From positions 122,760,001 through 122,824,000 of the forward strand of contig OZ024743.1 of the NCBI GenBank assembly GCA_964016885.1: a stretch of DNA of 64,000 nucleotides, read 5' to 3'. This DNA is from Eledone cirrhosa. Its lineage: Eukaryota. A program made the position numbers and the translations under genes. The notes under the pieces are model-generated. The model worked only from the letters and a program-made list of their open reading frames with translations. It made no database searches and was not told the origin of the DNA. The stretch's first letter is position 1. Every line of letters begins with the position of its first letter. This document shows positions 1 to 14,786 of this stretch, piece by piece.

Positions 1-852
1 GTTAATTCATTCTCATCATAGGGAAATAGCTATTTTAGTTCAGATAAAACAATACCAATTATTACATAGGATCTCCAATAAATGAAAGCTTTTACGAGAA
101 CGAATGTATTTAAAAGTTGAAATATTTAGCTTACATTCAATACTGTAGAAAACAAGTTGCAAATAATCTATATTCTGATTCAGTAATAAACGTACAAAAA
201 TACCAATAGTGCCCCTTCATTTGTGCAATATAAACACAATATTCTTCTAGTTACACATATAAAAAAGCAGATGTACTTATTTCCTCGAAATTAATTGCTT
301 AAAGGATTGATTTAGCAATAAATGAATCAACATCGTTACATTACCAAGACATGTCAATAAGGAGATCTACTTTACGCTACAAGAGAAAAGATATATCAAC
401 ATTTCCGGAAAACGTTGAGCTTTTCTGATTTGCATCAACTCTATATTCGTATTTGAATCAACTAGCTTTGAGTGATTTAATAGTTTCGCAATAAACAATG
501 ACAAGGAAAAATTTAAGATATATTAACATGCCAGCTTTCTATTACAATATACCTTAAAATTAATTCTTTACTCTTATTGTCGTTATCCATTAAGTTAGTG
601 AATAAGAAGTTATTTCTGTTTCTATTTATTCATATCCTCATTAATTCTTCTTTTATAGCTACAGTCACCATATGATAAATATTCTTTCTTTATTTACGAC
701 GGAAGATTGTATGCATTATTTGGTTGTTTTTATGATTGTTCTCGTTGCTTTGCGGGTGTTCTTTGCAAATTGTTTAATTGTGACAAGTGTGGAAACTGTT
801 TACATTCTATTATATTGAACCAGATATTGCTTCGATTTATTAGATTTTTAAT

Positions 853-1035
853 AATTGTTTCTACTTTAGGCACAAGGCCAGCAATTATTCCAGTGCATTA
901 CTGGTACTTTATTTTATCGACCCCCATAAGGATGAAAGGCAAAGTTAACCTCGGCGGGATTTGAACTCAGACCGTAAAGGGACGTAACTATGCTGGATAG
1001 CATGCCGTCTGACCCTCTACCGATACTGCCAAATG
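853..1035 (-). mobile_element. tRNA-derived SINE, family 1 (Octopus-type)
   Basis: Minus strand has A-box-like TGGCAGTATCGG and B-box GAGTTCAAATCC, then body GCCGAGGTTAACTTTGCCTTTCATCC...GTCGATAAAATAAAGTACCAG; many copies in the window. Confidence 0.85.
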
Positions 1036-1326
1036 TTTTCTGGTTTAAGCCTGGGGTTACCTATTTTTGTGTCTTACTGGTAATTTGTCTTGATTCCAGG
1101 CGGATGAAGGGTAAGATCTATTTCTATTTCGACACTTATCGATTTAAGAATATAAAGAGACGCAACTAATGGCTGTAAGGTATCGTTCCTATCGCTCTAA
1201 CATGTCTGTAATCCACTACTCTAATTAGATTTTTCTTTATATAGTGGGATTAATTTGAGAATTATTCCTTTATCTGATGTCAGTATCTCAAGACCTGGTG
1301 ATAATTTGCCTACATTATTTACTACG

Positions 1327-1510
1327 TGGATTGGCAGTATCGGTAGAGGGTTGGACGCCATGCTTTCCAGCATAGTTACGTGCCTTTATGATCTGAGTTC
1401 AAATCCCGCCGAGGTTGACTTTGCCTTTCATCCTTACGGGGTCGATAAAATAAAGTACCAGTAATGCACTGGGTAATTGCTGGCCTTGTGCCTAAAGTAG
1501 AAACAATTAT
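1327..1510 (+). mobile_element. SINE family 1 copy, inverted relative to 853-1035
   Basis: ggattggcagtatcggtagag...gagttcaaatcccgccgaggttgactttgcc...ggccttgtgcctaaagtagaaacaattat. Confidence 0.85.
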
Positions 1511-2852
1511 TTACTAGCTAACATAAGCTGTCGCACACCATACTGAAGCAATCCCAATGTTAGTAAGAAGATCCTCGAAATCCAAATGCTTGCGTTATTC
1601 TAGAGAACTTATTGTAAATCCAAACCAATCTAATGGACTTCACCTCACCTTCTGGTTATTAACTATTGATTGTTAAACTATGCAATCACGAGGTGAAGTG
1701 AAAATAGTATAGTAATCGAACCTGCAGTACAGCTTTTACTTGGTAGTAATAGAGTTATGGACGTTAATTTACATCTATTACATGGTACTCGTATCAAACT
1801 TAACAAAAAAAAAAGGAGAGATATATTCCTCACAATCCTATGCGTTGGTAAGTAGTTACCATTTTCGATCAATCGTTCTATAGTTAAAATTTACGATTAT
1901 AGTCAACATCCTTTAAATAGTTATGAAGAGGTATTAATACTCAAATATATCACTAGTCTTTACTTAATCAAACCAGACATATCTTGTATTCAGAACTATA
2001 AAGCACTTGTTATGATAATGCGTGGACAGATATTTTCGGAATTTCTGGTGTGCCTGTGTTGTGAAGTATCATCATGAAATAATAATTTCGCTTGTAAAAT
2101 ACTTAGATAAATAGATTCATGTTGGAAATATGTATTATTAAAAAAAGAGATGAGTATTTTGAAATATAAATATAAATAGTTATCATCTAAATCTTGCATA
2201 AAGTGTCTCGAAGGTACCTGTATGCAAGCAACTCAACTGTATCTATATTATGTTGAGTCATGCTCTTAGTATAGCATATATATTTAGATTATCAAGTAGA
2301 AGGAAGAAGAAACATATTTAGTCTCAATTTGAAAGCAATTTATATTTAGTAATTAGATTACCACTACAACAAATTATCGCATAAATTGAATTTATACAAA
2401 CTGCTTTTCCCTAATATAGAATTGTTTGAAACTAGAGGCTATTTAGTTTGGTGTCATGTAATTATGGCTCAGATAGTTCTGTTTGATAAACTATACATTC
2501 ATGTCTATAATTATCAGAAATGAAAGCAAACAATCATCATTCGTCAATGTAGTTCAAGGAAAAAAAAAGGCTAAAATAAACTAGGAAAATATTCAATCAT
2601 TTTTATGGAAATAAGATCAGCTGTTCATTTGAATATACAATACAACGGCATTTTGAAATAGTACTCTCTAAATTATATTAGGCAAGTAAATAGTAGATGG
2701 GGTTATATGATTTGCTCTACTGGGATTTTACTGACACATGTGGTCAATTAAAAGTAATACAAGTATTATCAATTTATTTGACTATACTCACGTACTATAT
2801 ATGTAGATATAGAGTCACATTTCTCCTCCTGCTGCCCTCCTCCTACCCACTA

Positions 2853-2927
2853 TTCTTCTTCTTCTTCTTCTTCTTCTTCTTCTTCTTCTTCTTCTTCTTC
2901 TTCTTCTTCTTCTTCTTCTTCTTCTTC
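2853..2927. repeat. (CTT)n microsatellite
   Basis: Direct reading. Confidence 0.95.
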
Positions 2928-3332
2928 TCCTCCTCCTCTCCTCCTCCTCCTCTTACCCTAGTTGTTACTGATGGTGTTGAGTGATGTAGTTAGAAAATTA
3001 GTTAAAGCAGACGTTTAGGAAGATTGACTTAACATCACAAGGGAGTTATTACTGGGAGGGAGAAAGATACTATTTTTTGTGAAAATTATGTTTGTGTAGC
3101 TTAGACAATAGCGGCGGGTATAAAGTAAGGAATGATCACTGTATTCGTCCAATGGATGGTTCAATGTCAGAATACAGACTTGCTTATTTGTCCAATAGAG
3201 TTTTAACATTTATAATATGAATACGCTGAGAAAATATAAAGTGTGGAAATGATCCCGTAAGTGTGTAAATTAAACTACAGAGTAACAGGACTAACCTTCT
3301 TATCCATAATAAATAAATATAAATATATACTT

Positions 3333-3736
<404 letters not shown>

Positions 3737-6289
3737 TGTGTATGTAACACAATTCATATAAATGTGCAAGGGCATATTCATGAACGCGTTTTGATAGACC
3801 TTTAGGCGTTTGGTACAGATGGATGCACAAACGGTTGTGTACATAGTCTCGGATACACATACATGCAGTCATACGGACATATGGGAAGTCATTACAAATT
3901 TCTTGAACATTAAGATATATGTGTCTTTGTGCAAGTGTATATGCGTGGGTGTGCGCGTAAATGATACGTAAATAGTTAGGTATCATTTTCTATCATAGGA
4001 TGTTATTCTGTTTTTCTCACAAATCTACGAATTCAGAGAGCCGTAAAAATGAATGTAGGAAAATATATTTGCTCATTGAGAATGTGTAAACTATAAACCT
4101 GATACTATAGTTACTTCACCGCGTTAAACCGTATTTAACTGACAGAAAAGTTAGTGGTTAAGAAATAAAATGACAACATTGATCGACGGTTTTCACTAAT
4201 TAACGACTCAGTTGCCTTTATTTTATTTAATCAACATGACGCTACACAATATTATTACAGACGTGATGAAAAACGAATAAGAGAAACAGAAAAATAAATG
4301 AAACTTACTCGGGAGCTGTACCGAACTATATTATGGTGTCAGGAGGAAAACGTATATGTATAAGACAAATCAACTGTCAGCTACATTACAAGGAGGAAGC
4401 ATAACACATTGTTAATGAGCTGTACACAAAGCTAGAGTTGAACTGGTACCACCCAATGCTCTCATATCTCTGTGGCGGCTTTCTTTAAGAAATTGATATG
4501 ATCCAGTGGTAATGTGTCTAGTCAGAAGCAATTTACTCTTCTTTTTGAATAGTAACATAAAAAAAGCAAAGGACATGAGTGGCTGGCGGGTTCTGTATAT
4601 TTTCAGTAATTGAAGATCCTAGTTCTAAAAGTGCTTCAACTATACGAAAGCCGATGCAGCTCGGCTATTTTTAGCAATAGGGTCTTCTATCATACGTTTG
4701 TGTTGATTTGTTTAACCTGAACAAACCGATGACATTTGAATATTTTCAATAAAAGTATAATCGTTAGATGAAATGTGGTTATATGTGAAATAAAATGATT
4801 AAAAATTACTGAGTTAAATATATAACACTCACTAATCCTTACGACTCTCAGGTTTTCCCGACACACCCAACTGCTTTTATTATCTGCAATCAATACTAAT
4901 CTCACTTATATTATCAATAGATACTGAATGTCTCAATGACAGACTTCTCTGTTAAGTCTATCATGTGATAAAAATGAACCAGGAATGGTATTGACACCAG
5001 ACAGCTGCATATATTTAGCATATATCCTACGGTACTTTTGTGGAGTAACTATATACTTGCTTGCAATGTTGGCGGGATAATATTTCAAAGCTATGCTTTT
5101 TTTTATCTTACAAATTCTCTTTTTACCAGTCTTCGTAAGCTTTAGTGTAATTACCCAATTTGTATATTTCAGGCTTAAGTGGAAGAGAAATTCTACCATG
5201 GAATACAGATCAGCGTTAAACAATAGATTTAACGAGATAGAATTATTTATAGGAAAATCACGTAAAATATTTTATGATAACAGGATGGAATAATTTTAAA
5301 ATCCAACCCTGTCGTAAAGAGTAGTAAAATCTGACAAGTTTACATGAAACAATATAAACAAGGAAATTTAGTATCCTAATGTTTGAAGGCGATTAGTTAG
5401 AAGTACAACCGAGGCTTGTAATGAATGAAATAACTAATGATTATACAAACATATAAATATTTAAAAAAATTGATTCATTTAATTACACACACGCCTTGCA
5501 ACTAAAGGTTTGCGGTTTCCATGCAACTGCGCAGCTAGTTGAACAAGCACTAACTACGATATTCCTGGCTTGATCAAACCAACCAATGCTTTTGATATTC
5601 TTTGATTGTAAACGTAATACGACACCCAGTTCGACACCACCACCTGGTCCGCGAACGTTTGAATGACATCCCCTATGTTACAAGAAATTGGGCCTAGTCT
5701 AGTCTTAATTCCACCTGCCCCTATGTGATCATGCGAACCGTGCTTTTATCTTTGACTAAGCGATAAAAATATATTGATTTAGATACTTAATGACAAAAAT
5801 GTATTTGTGTGAGAGATTCCGCTATAACTCTTGAGTCTGAACTTTCAGAACTGTTACTTCTGCGTGACTCAGTTCATATAGATGTCGGAAACAGCTATTA
5901 AATGTTGCGGGCATGTCTATGGATGATTGATATATTAACTTGAGGACCATTAATCATTATCCATTTAACGCTATATAACTAGAACTCATTAATGATCCTC
6001 GTGAATCCCATCTTGATTTGGAGAATTTTTTGTTTTGTTTCATGACAATGTATACGATGAACCAAAAATGCATGTTTCACAGCGTGTTCTGACATTTTAT
6101 CTAACAAATCTCCTCAACAAGAAATATATCATGTTATGGTGTCGTTGGAAAAGGAAGGTGTGATCAACATATTTAGTGTTCCAAATAAATATGCTTTCAA
6201 TTAGTTGAGGGTCATACTGTAATGCCGAGTGAAAATGCGACTGTTATTTATCGATAGGTAATCCCGATCAGTGGCATTAATGATATATT

Positions 6290-6490
6290 GGAGGATTGGT
6301 AGAAATGCTGAAGCGCCGGATAAAGGTTTTGTAGTTCTGGCGCTTTACGATCTGAGCTCAAATCAAGCCGAGGTCACCTATGCCTTTCATCATTCCGGAG
6401 TCAATAAAATAAAGTAACAATCAAGAACTGGGTCGATATAATCGAGTCCCCCCCCTTAAGATTGCTGACCTTATACCTAAATTAGGAACA
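6290..6490 (+). mobile_element. Diverged SINE family 1 copy
   Basis: ggaggattggtagaaatg...ctgagctcaaatcaagccgaggtcacctatgcctttcatcattccggagtcaataaaataaagt. Confidence 0.7.
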
Positions 6491-6708
6491 CCACGATAAT
6501 CTAATCATTTTATCACTGATGTAGTTTGATGATTATTTATTTGGTTGGTATTTGTAGCAGCGTAAACGATTACGAAGGGGTTCCTTTATATGGTGACAAT
6601 AGCAGGAAAGGGCAAGAGTACACGTCAAAGTGCGTGGTGATGTGTTCTTCTGCAGAACAGCGAAATGTGTGTGTGTGTGTGTTCATTTTGCCTTTGTATA
6701 GACTTCTT

Positions 6709-6739
<31 letters not shown>

Positions 6740-6779
6740 AAGGGTTTATCGCTTCTCAGGGCAGTCAGTTACGTATATG

Positions 6780-7790
6780 TATTATATACAACCAAACAAT
6801 AAGCAAGGAAATCATGAAGCCTCCACGCTTAAAGTATCATTTACACTTTTTAGCAATGCTGACCAGATGAAAAAAAAATTTGTCATATTTTTTTAAATTT
6901 ACCTCTTATGGAAAGTGGAAAACGTTGATCTTGGAATTTCAGAAAGCAGATATGCCACAAGATAATGCGATGATTGCGCCGTACCTTGTATTACTGGTCA
7001 CAGAGGCCAGTAAGTTCCACACTATAGGCGAAACATTACTTCGATCTATTATTGAAGAGGTTCTCTCGACTGTAATGTACAAAAAGCCTGACATAATTAT
7101 GAAAACAATTCCACTTAGAATAACACAATTTCCCGACATATTGATGAAATGTCTAACGACGTCAAACAATTCATCCATAATCTCCGCAGGTATTAATTTT
7201 CCAATGACGAATCATTAGCTATGGGAAATCAATGCTTGTTGATGGTGTAGGTTCGTTATTTTTTAATGAAAATATTCAATCTTTTGAGATTCTATCCACT
7301 GATGGATTGTTGCTGGGCTCAAAACGTTTATTTTAGATTTATTGAAGCTATTATTTTTATGGGAATAACATCGAATTGAACAATATTGTTGCCTGTGTAT
7401 CTGATAGAGCGCCTGCCATGGTAGGTAGATCAGAGGTTTCTCTTCTTTCTTAAAACTGAACTGTTTTAACAGTCCATTGTGTGGTTCACCGGTAATATTT
7501 AGCAAAAAATATCCATAGCAGGCTTAGTGATGTACTGCATTTAATTATCAAAACTGTGAACAACTAAAATCGAATATTTTGTTTGAACGAATTTTCTGTC
7601 AACTGTGCTTTGATAATGATGATGACTTCGTGATGCGTTTGTACCATACGATGGTGGTCAAAAGGCAACAGTATCCTCCATTTTTCAAACTGTTTCATAC
7701 AATAATAATTCTGTTTTCAAAATACTCCACTATCCACTTCTCTGATTGCTTTAAAATGTGATATTGTTGTCATAGCGACATATTCGCTAA
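6780..7790 (+). pseudogene. Degenerate hAT (Buster/Charlie, ZBED8/SCAND3-like) transposase
   Basis: MKPPRLKYHL and ...ASKFHTIGETLLRSIIEEVLSTVMYKKPDIIMKTIPL resemble the KPHTIGETLI...IPLS motif of Buster transposases; frameshifts and stops present. Confidence 0.75.
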
Positions 7791-8166
7791 CGGTAAAACT
7801 AACCTTGACCATAAAACTAAATTATATCCTTTATAATTAAATTTAATAAAATACAGTTTTATATTTGTCAAATTTGTTTTCATTTGTATGGGAATTACCA
7901 AATATAGTATTAGCAGTAGCAGCCTCCGAATTATTTATTACCTCCTTTTGGTATATTTACATAAAATGTCAGCTAACGAGCCAGTAACAAACTTTTACCA
8001 AACATTGTTGGTGTGCTTTTGAATATTTACTATACAGGTGAGTGGTGGAAAATTCTTCCATGTGAAAGTGAGCGATGACGTCAAAAAGGTTGGGAACCCA
8101 GGGTTTAGACTGATTAGAAGGAATGGGTTTATATAGATATATATTTACAATATATAGAGAACATTC

Positions 8167-8415
8167 ATTTGCAGAGAAAGAACGAAAAGTTGATGATATC
8201 TGTGGCAGCCTCGTCTCTTCCACTAAATGCTGAATCACATCTAAACAATACTGAAATACATCCAAACCTCAGAACACTATTTCAGTATTTAGGATAGTAC
8301 TGAAATAGTGTTCTGAGGTGTGGATGTATTTGAGTATTGTTTAGAAGTGATTCAGCATTTAGTGGAAGAGACGAGACTGCCACAGATATCAACTTTTCGT
8401 TCTTTCTCTGCAAAT
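8167..8415. repeat. Long inverted repeat (~120-bp arms, ~10-nt spacer) between TA-rich tracts
   Basis: 8167-8287 is the near-perfect reverse complement of 8298-8415. Confidence 0.9.
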
Positions 8416-8435
8416 CAATTTACTCTATATATCTA

Positions 8436-8629
8436 TCTATATACTACTAAAACTGTGTGATTGCTTGCTTGCTTTTCTGTAATGTAATACAGCCAAAAGG
8501 GCACATACTGGGAAAATACTTTGAAAAGAAGTTGAACCTGAAATGGGAATACAAATGGAATAAAACACATTTCGCTTAAATCGGAGCACGGGTTCCGAGA
8601 TATGGTGTTTTCTGGGTACCTTCATAAAC

Positions 8630-8699
<70 letters not shown>

Positions 8700-8740
8700 T
8701 GTATGTGTGTGTGTGTGAGTGTGTGAGAGAGAGAGAGAGA

Positions 8741-8782
<42 letters not shown>

Positions 8783-8847
8783 TAGTCGTTGTGAAAGAGT
8801 AGATTGAGAGAGAGACATAGAGAGAGAGAGAAGAGACAGAGACGGAG

Positions 8848-8886
<39 letters not shown>

Positions 8887-9137
8887 ATGGTTGTGTTGTG
8901 TATGTGAGTATGTGTGTGTGTATATATATGTGTGTGTATATGTGTGTGGGTGTATATGTGTGTGGGTGTATATGTGTAACCAGTGTTTATATAGATCACA
9001 GATACCCACGTATATTATATATGCATACACACATACATATATATATGTTTACACGCACACACATTATATATATACATACACACACGTATATATATGAGCC
9101 TTCCAGTTTCATTTCACATTATATACTTATATATATA

Positions 9138-9220
<83 letters not shown>

Positions 9221-9551
9221 TAAAATAACAGATTAAAGTTTAAGCAAAGAATCGCTGCTTTCACCCTTAACGGGATCTTCTGAAACTCAGAGTTTCAGAA
9301 GATCCCGTTAAGGGTGAAAGCAGCGATTCTTTGCTTAAACTTTAATCTGTTATTTTAATAAATATTTGCTCTACGGTTCTTATATATTTGATATATATTT
9401 ATCCTTATCGAGCCCTCTTTGGATTTTAGTCTTGAAATTTATTATTATTACTATATATATATATATATAAACATTATATATTTCTGTGTATTTAAACATT
9501 TTTTGATTATTTAAAAATTATTTTGAAGTGAACGGATCACGGGTGGTCTAG
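8436..9551 (+). mobile_element. Possible non-autonomous Helitron (Lep1-like) with internal microsatellites
   Basis: 5' TCTATATACTACTAAAAC followed by (TTGC)n; 3' ...gaagtgaacggatcacgggtggtCTAG. Confidence 0.4.
9213..9365. repeat. Perfect palindrome, 76-bp arms, 1-nt spacer, abutting (TA)n; probably an inverted Penelope-like terminus
   Basis: 9213-9288 is the exact reverse complement of 9290-9365. Confidence 0.9.
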
Positions 9552-9701
9552 ATACAAATATATATCTATCCAACTATATATCTATACAACTATATATCTA
9601 TACAACTATATATCTATACAACTATATATCTATACAAATATATATCTATACAACTATATATCTATACAAATATATATCTATACAAATATATATCTATACA
9701 A
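9552..9701. repeat. 16-bp minisatellite (ATACAA[A/C]TATATATCT), about 9 copies
   Basis: Direct reading. Confidence 0.9.
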
Positions 9702-10209
9702 ACCCAAACATAATCTTACAACTCCATAACTACAATATCGCTTCTGCACATATTTACAATAATTCGATTATTGTGAATTTATTTAAATTGTTGTAAAGGT
9801 TTGAAGCTGTTTCTAATATATTTTCATTATGAATATATTGTTTTTAAGTAGGTTCTTACGAATAACGTCAGCCTGAAACTCTATAGGCATCGAATAGGAT
9901 TTCTTGCAAATAGTACATTGATGAATATTTCTTTAATGAATTACATCAGTTAAGGCTAAGCAGTATTTGTCTTTATTGTATATGGAAGCAACCGCAGTTC
10001 TACATTACAAGATTTTCTAACAAGTTAGTCAAATAGTGTTCCCTGCTATAGTGAAAGGTACATACGAATGATATGGTCAAATTAGGTTGAACCAAATCCA
10101 GTTATTAAGGATTCCTTTAAAACCAGACGTCATATAAATATAAAAATATTTTTTAATAACCGAAAAACTTTAAATTAAATGTAAGAAAGTTAAGCAAGAA
10201 ACGTAAATA

Positions 10210-10660
10210 CTGGGTTTCTTTATAGGCACAAGGCCAATAATTTTTTTTTTGGAGGGGGAGGGGAAAGTCGACTAAATCGATCTCTGGCACTTTATTTTAT
10301 CGACCCGTAAGGATGAAAGACAAAGTTAATTTCGGCGGGATTTGAACTCAGACCGTAAAGGACCGTAACTCTATGCTGCAAAGCATTGCGTCCGACTCTC
10401 TACCAATACTGTAAATCCACCGCCCTCAAGAAACATAAATAATGGTTTCTTATATAGGCACAAGGCCAGCAATTTGTGGGGAGGAGGAAGTCGATTAAAT
10501 CTAATCCAGTACGTTACTGGTATTTTATATAATCGACCCCGTAAGGATGAAAGGCAAAGATAACCTCGGCGGGATTTGAACTCAGATCATAAAGGGCCGT
10601 AAGTCTATGCTACCAAGCATGGTGTCCAACTTTCGACCGACGCTGCCAATCCACCACCCT
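10210..10660 (-). mobile_element. Tandem pair of SINE family 1 copies bounded and separated by a 15-bp repeat
   Basis: caagaaac[g/a]taaata at 10195, 10427 and 10661; both units have the full head and tail. Confidence 0.85.
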
Positions 10661-11465
10661 CAAGAAACGTAAATAATAAAATACAAACATCTAAAAAACA
10701 AACAAATAGATTATTCCGCTAAAATAGTTCAATGCAACAAAAAATAAATAGATCCTACAATTGTTGAACATATGAAGGTTGGGTACCAAAACAAAAACAT
10801 CAAATACATCATGCCGGTGAAAACATAATTGCGCTTCTTAACCCTCAACTTTAAAGCAATGTATCCCATATTAGAATACATTTTATTCATCGAAATAATA
10901 GACATTAAAGTCTACCTAGATTTACTAACAAAAATAAAACAGATATATTTTATACGAAGTTGTATGAAGCTCAGACGTAGAGACATAATTGCAATTACAG
11001 TCAGATGTTATTTTATAGCAACTGACTGTAATTGCAGTTATTTTCTGTGTCTGAGCTTCCTACATCTTATAAATTTATTTCCTCGGTGTAACTTCGAAAA
11101 TTCGAGCTTCACTCACCGCTTCTGTTAATATATGTTTTAATTTCTTTGCTATTTAGTTAGGGAGAGAAGAGCCGTACCCATGATAGTTCACAGGTATACT
11201 AGGCCGAAGTATGAAAGACCAAGAACAAGAAATATGATGCAAAAACGTTTGTTCCACCTACGCCCATACATATATACGCACATACATACATTCATACACA
11301 CACACACACACACGCACGCGCGCGCGCGGCACACACACACGCATATATATATATATAATGGATAGGAACAATTTGTATTTGTAATAGCATTTCTCAGTTA
11401 TGAATATCAATTTTCTTGTAAGCATCTTCAGAAGTCAGAAATATTTTAATAACCATAATACACAT

Positions 11466-11712
<247 letters not shown>

Positions 11713-11743
11713 TATATATATCAATATATATATATCAATATAT

Positions 11744-11778
<35 letters not shown>

Positions 11779-14390
11779 ACAATGAGGGATGAGTTGCTCG
11801 AACACAAAAGGGTTGGGCTTTATGTTTCATATTTTTTTTTGCATTGAAACCCCAATGGAATGGATATCGCATGTCCTTATTTATGAATCGATAAATAACT
11901 GCCAATAATATAGTGGATTCTAATAAATCGATAATACTCCAACCTTTCAAAAAGTCAGTAGTCAATAGAAATAATTTTTGTTTTAGTTTTAATGGAGATT
12001 ATGTAGTTCCACCCAATATCAGTCCAACGCACAACCAACAGAAATCATGAATCGGTTATGAATATATGAATAGGACGCATACATTTTGATGTTGTTTGTA
12101 AATTATTGTTGCATCTATGATATATTTAGCAGAAAAGCTATACTTTGGAATATTATTGTAATTTATAATTCTGGCGATTGTTATTAAATTAATACTATTG
12201 ATAATAAAATACTCACTGATGTATTGAAGTGTCCTGAATATTTACATTTATATATAACGTATTTATATTGAATGCACTGCGCCACAAACCCCCTCTAACT
12301 GGAGCTCATATAAAAGCAATAGCATTAACGTACCATACCAGTTTGACTGGAATGCAATTGTAATATATAGCAATAACTCGATATGAACAGTAATCTAGTG
12401 AGTCGGGAGACCATCATTTAATTCTTAGTTAGATTTGTATGTTATCTTTATTTTCATAATTTTATATTTAGGAATTACCACACATTTCTTTCTATAGCTA
12501 TTTAAAATAGGTCTATTTCGTATTTAATAAAGTTTTGAGCTAGTTTCATATTTCTAATTATATTATATTTCCATCGCGAAATTCATTAGTATTTTACACA
12601 ATTTCTGTGTACTTTTGAGTAAAAAGATGGGTTAAATCATTGCGTGAAATATTATACTGCTAAGGATATAGAAACACAATGAACAAATGCTCTGTTTCAG
12701 AACATCAAAGTGCTTCCTCTAGATAGCATAAATTACTTTCAACTCATGCATTTATAATATCCGGTTAAATTTTCTCGTCATATATTTCAAGTTGTGTTTT
12801 TCATTCCCTTGTAAACTAATTACCAGCCTAGATGTTCACTAACGCAGTCACCAGGGAATAATATAGAGCTTTATCACCAAATAATAATGCCATGGGTATA
12901 AAACTATTAGCTACTACCCTAGGGGCACTAAACAAGGCTAAGTTCATCTATTAGTTCAGAAGCAACGACTAAGCATATGATGCTTGTTTTCTTTTCTTTC
13001 CTTTTTTTGGTGGGGTTTATTTCCTATTTTCTGTTATCTTCAACAAAAAATATAATACAATAGCCACAGTGTTTTAGTCTCGTATATATACTGACTTCGA
13101 GTAACATAAATATAAATTTATAAATTATATCATTGGAGATAATATACTTCTGAAAGTCGTATTGGAAATATTGATATAACCTTTAGATATAGACTGGTGA
13201 ATATACAGAAACAACCAATTGTATACAAATATATCTACATATACACACGTGCACTCAAACAGACTCACAACACATACACACACACGCATATATATTTGTA
13301 TATACATTCACACACACGTGTGTATATGTATGTATATACGTATGTGTAAATCTATATCTATCCATCTATCCACCCACCTATTTATCTCTCTCCCCCCTCT
13401 CTCTCCTTCTTTCTTTCTCTATTCTCCTCTCTCTCTCTCTCTGTCTCTCTCTCTCTCGCTCTCTCTCTCTATATATATATATATACGCACACACACACAA
13501 CAGACACACACACACATATATATATATGTGTATATATATAAATTTATAATTCATATATAAAGATAAGGAGAGTCATACAAACACACATATCTATATACTC
13601 AAATAACACTGCAACGTCTATATGGTTGCTACAATAATATAAGAGCAATGTGCCTTTGTGCTTTGCACAGCTTGTAAGGTCTCCTACTAACTAAATTTCA
13701 ACGGAACCTTCTGGTCTTTTGATAAGCAGATGTTCACTAACGTTGTGGATACTCAACACTTCCAAACTATTACGTTTCAGTCAGTAGCACCCACGCTGAG
13801 AAAGTTTCAAGATATGTTACTCAATTCACCTCCCTCACCACACTCTATACATTTAACAACACCCTTTTCAAGCTCTACTTCGCTATGCTCCCATCTTTTC
13901 ATGGTAAATGCACAGTTACCATTTTCAAAAAAACAAACAAACACAAAACAACAACAAACAAACAAAAAACAAAAACAAACCCACATCAGAGAGTGAGTCC
14001 TTTAAAATAAAAAATAGAGAATGGCCTCTGCTTCATGTATTGAAAATTAGATGCAAATTAGTACGTCTATGTATACATAGTCATCATATACATGTTTCCT
14101 TGCTGTTGTTTAAATGATATACACGCCTTCTGGTAAGAGTCTAATTAGATCTGAAAATCAATTAAAGATGTTTATCATATTTTAAATTTGCAGGTAAATT
14201 CGTATTTTCTGGCATCTTTACATGCATACATATTAGATATGTGTATATATCTATACACGTTGGTGCAGTCCTGGTTACATACTCAGTATTTATTCATGTA
14301 TATATATATAATTATATTACACGGCCCGGAAAGATTCCCTTCTTAGCTATTTAATTGTAAAAGACTATTTTGAGTTTCTAACTCAATCTA

Positions 14391-14447
<57 letters not shown>

Positions 14448-14480
14448 AAAGAATAGAGGTGTCACACACAAGTTATGATA

Positions 14481-14734
14481 TATTGGTAAACGGAAAAGAA
14501 AATGCTGACAAATTGTGCACAGTAAAAAATAGTTTAATTAGGAATAACTGAGAATTAGTAATAGTATTGGTTAGTATTCAGTTTGGGTTTTAAGTTTTAC
14601 CGGTTGCGCATTTCTAATGCTTTTCAAAAATAATTTTGAGATAGAGCGTCCGTGATGTTTGCTCTAATCTCAAAATTACGGACGCTCTATCTCAAAATTA
14701 TTTTTGAAAAGCATTAGAAATGCGCAACCGTTTA

Positions 14735-14786
<52 letters not shown>

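Noticed and set aside
4300-4400. Strong minus-strand donor (CCGA|gtaagt) suggesting a second gene
   Set aside because: All three frames upstream contain stops and no partner exons were identified; could be UTR but cannot be supported
9552-9701. CRISPR-like array (also 56783-56858)
   Set aside because: Head-to-tail 16-mers without unique spacers, in eukaryotic context; ordinary minisatellites
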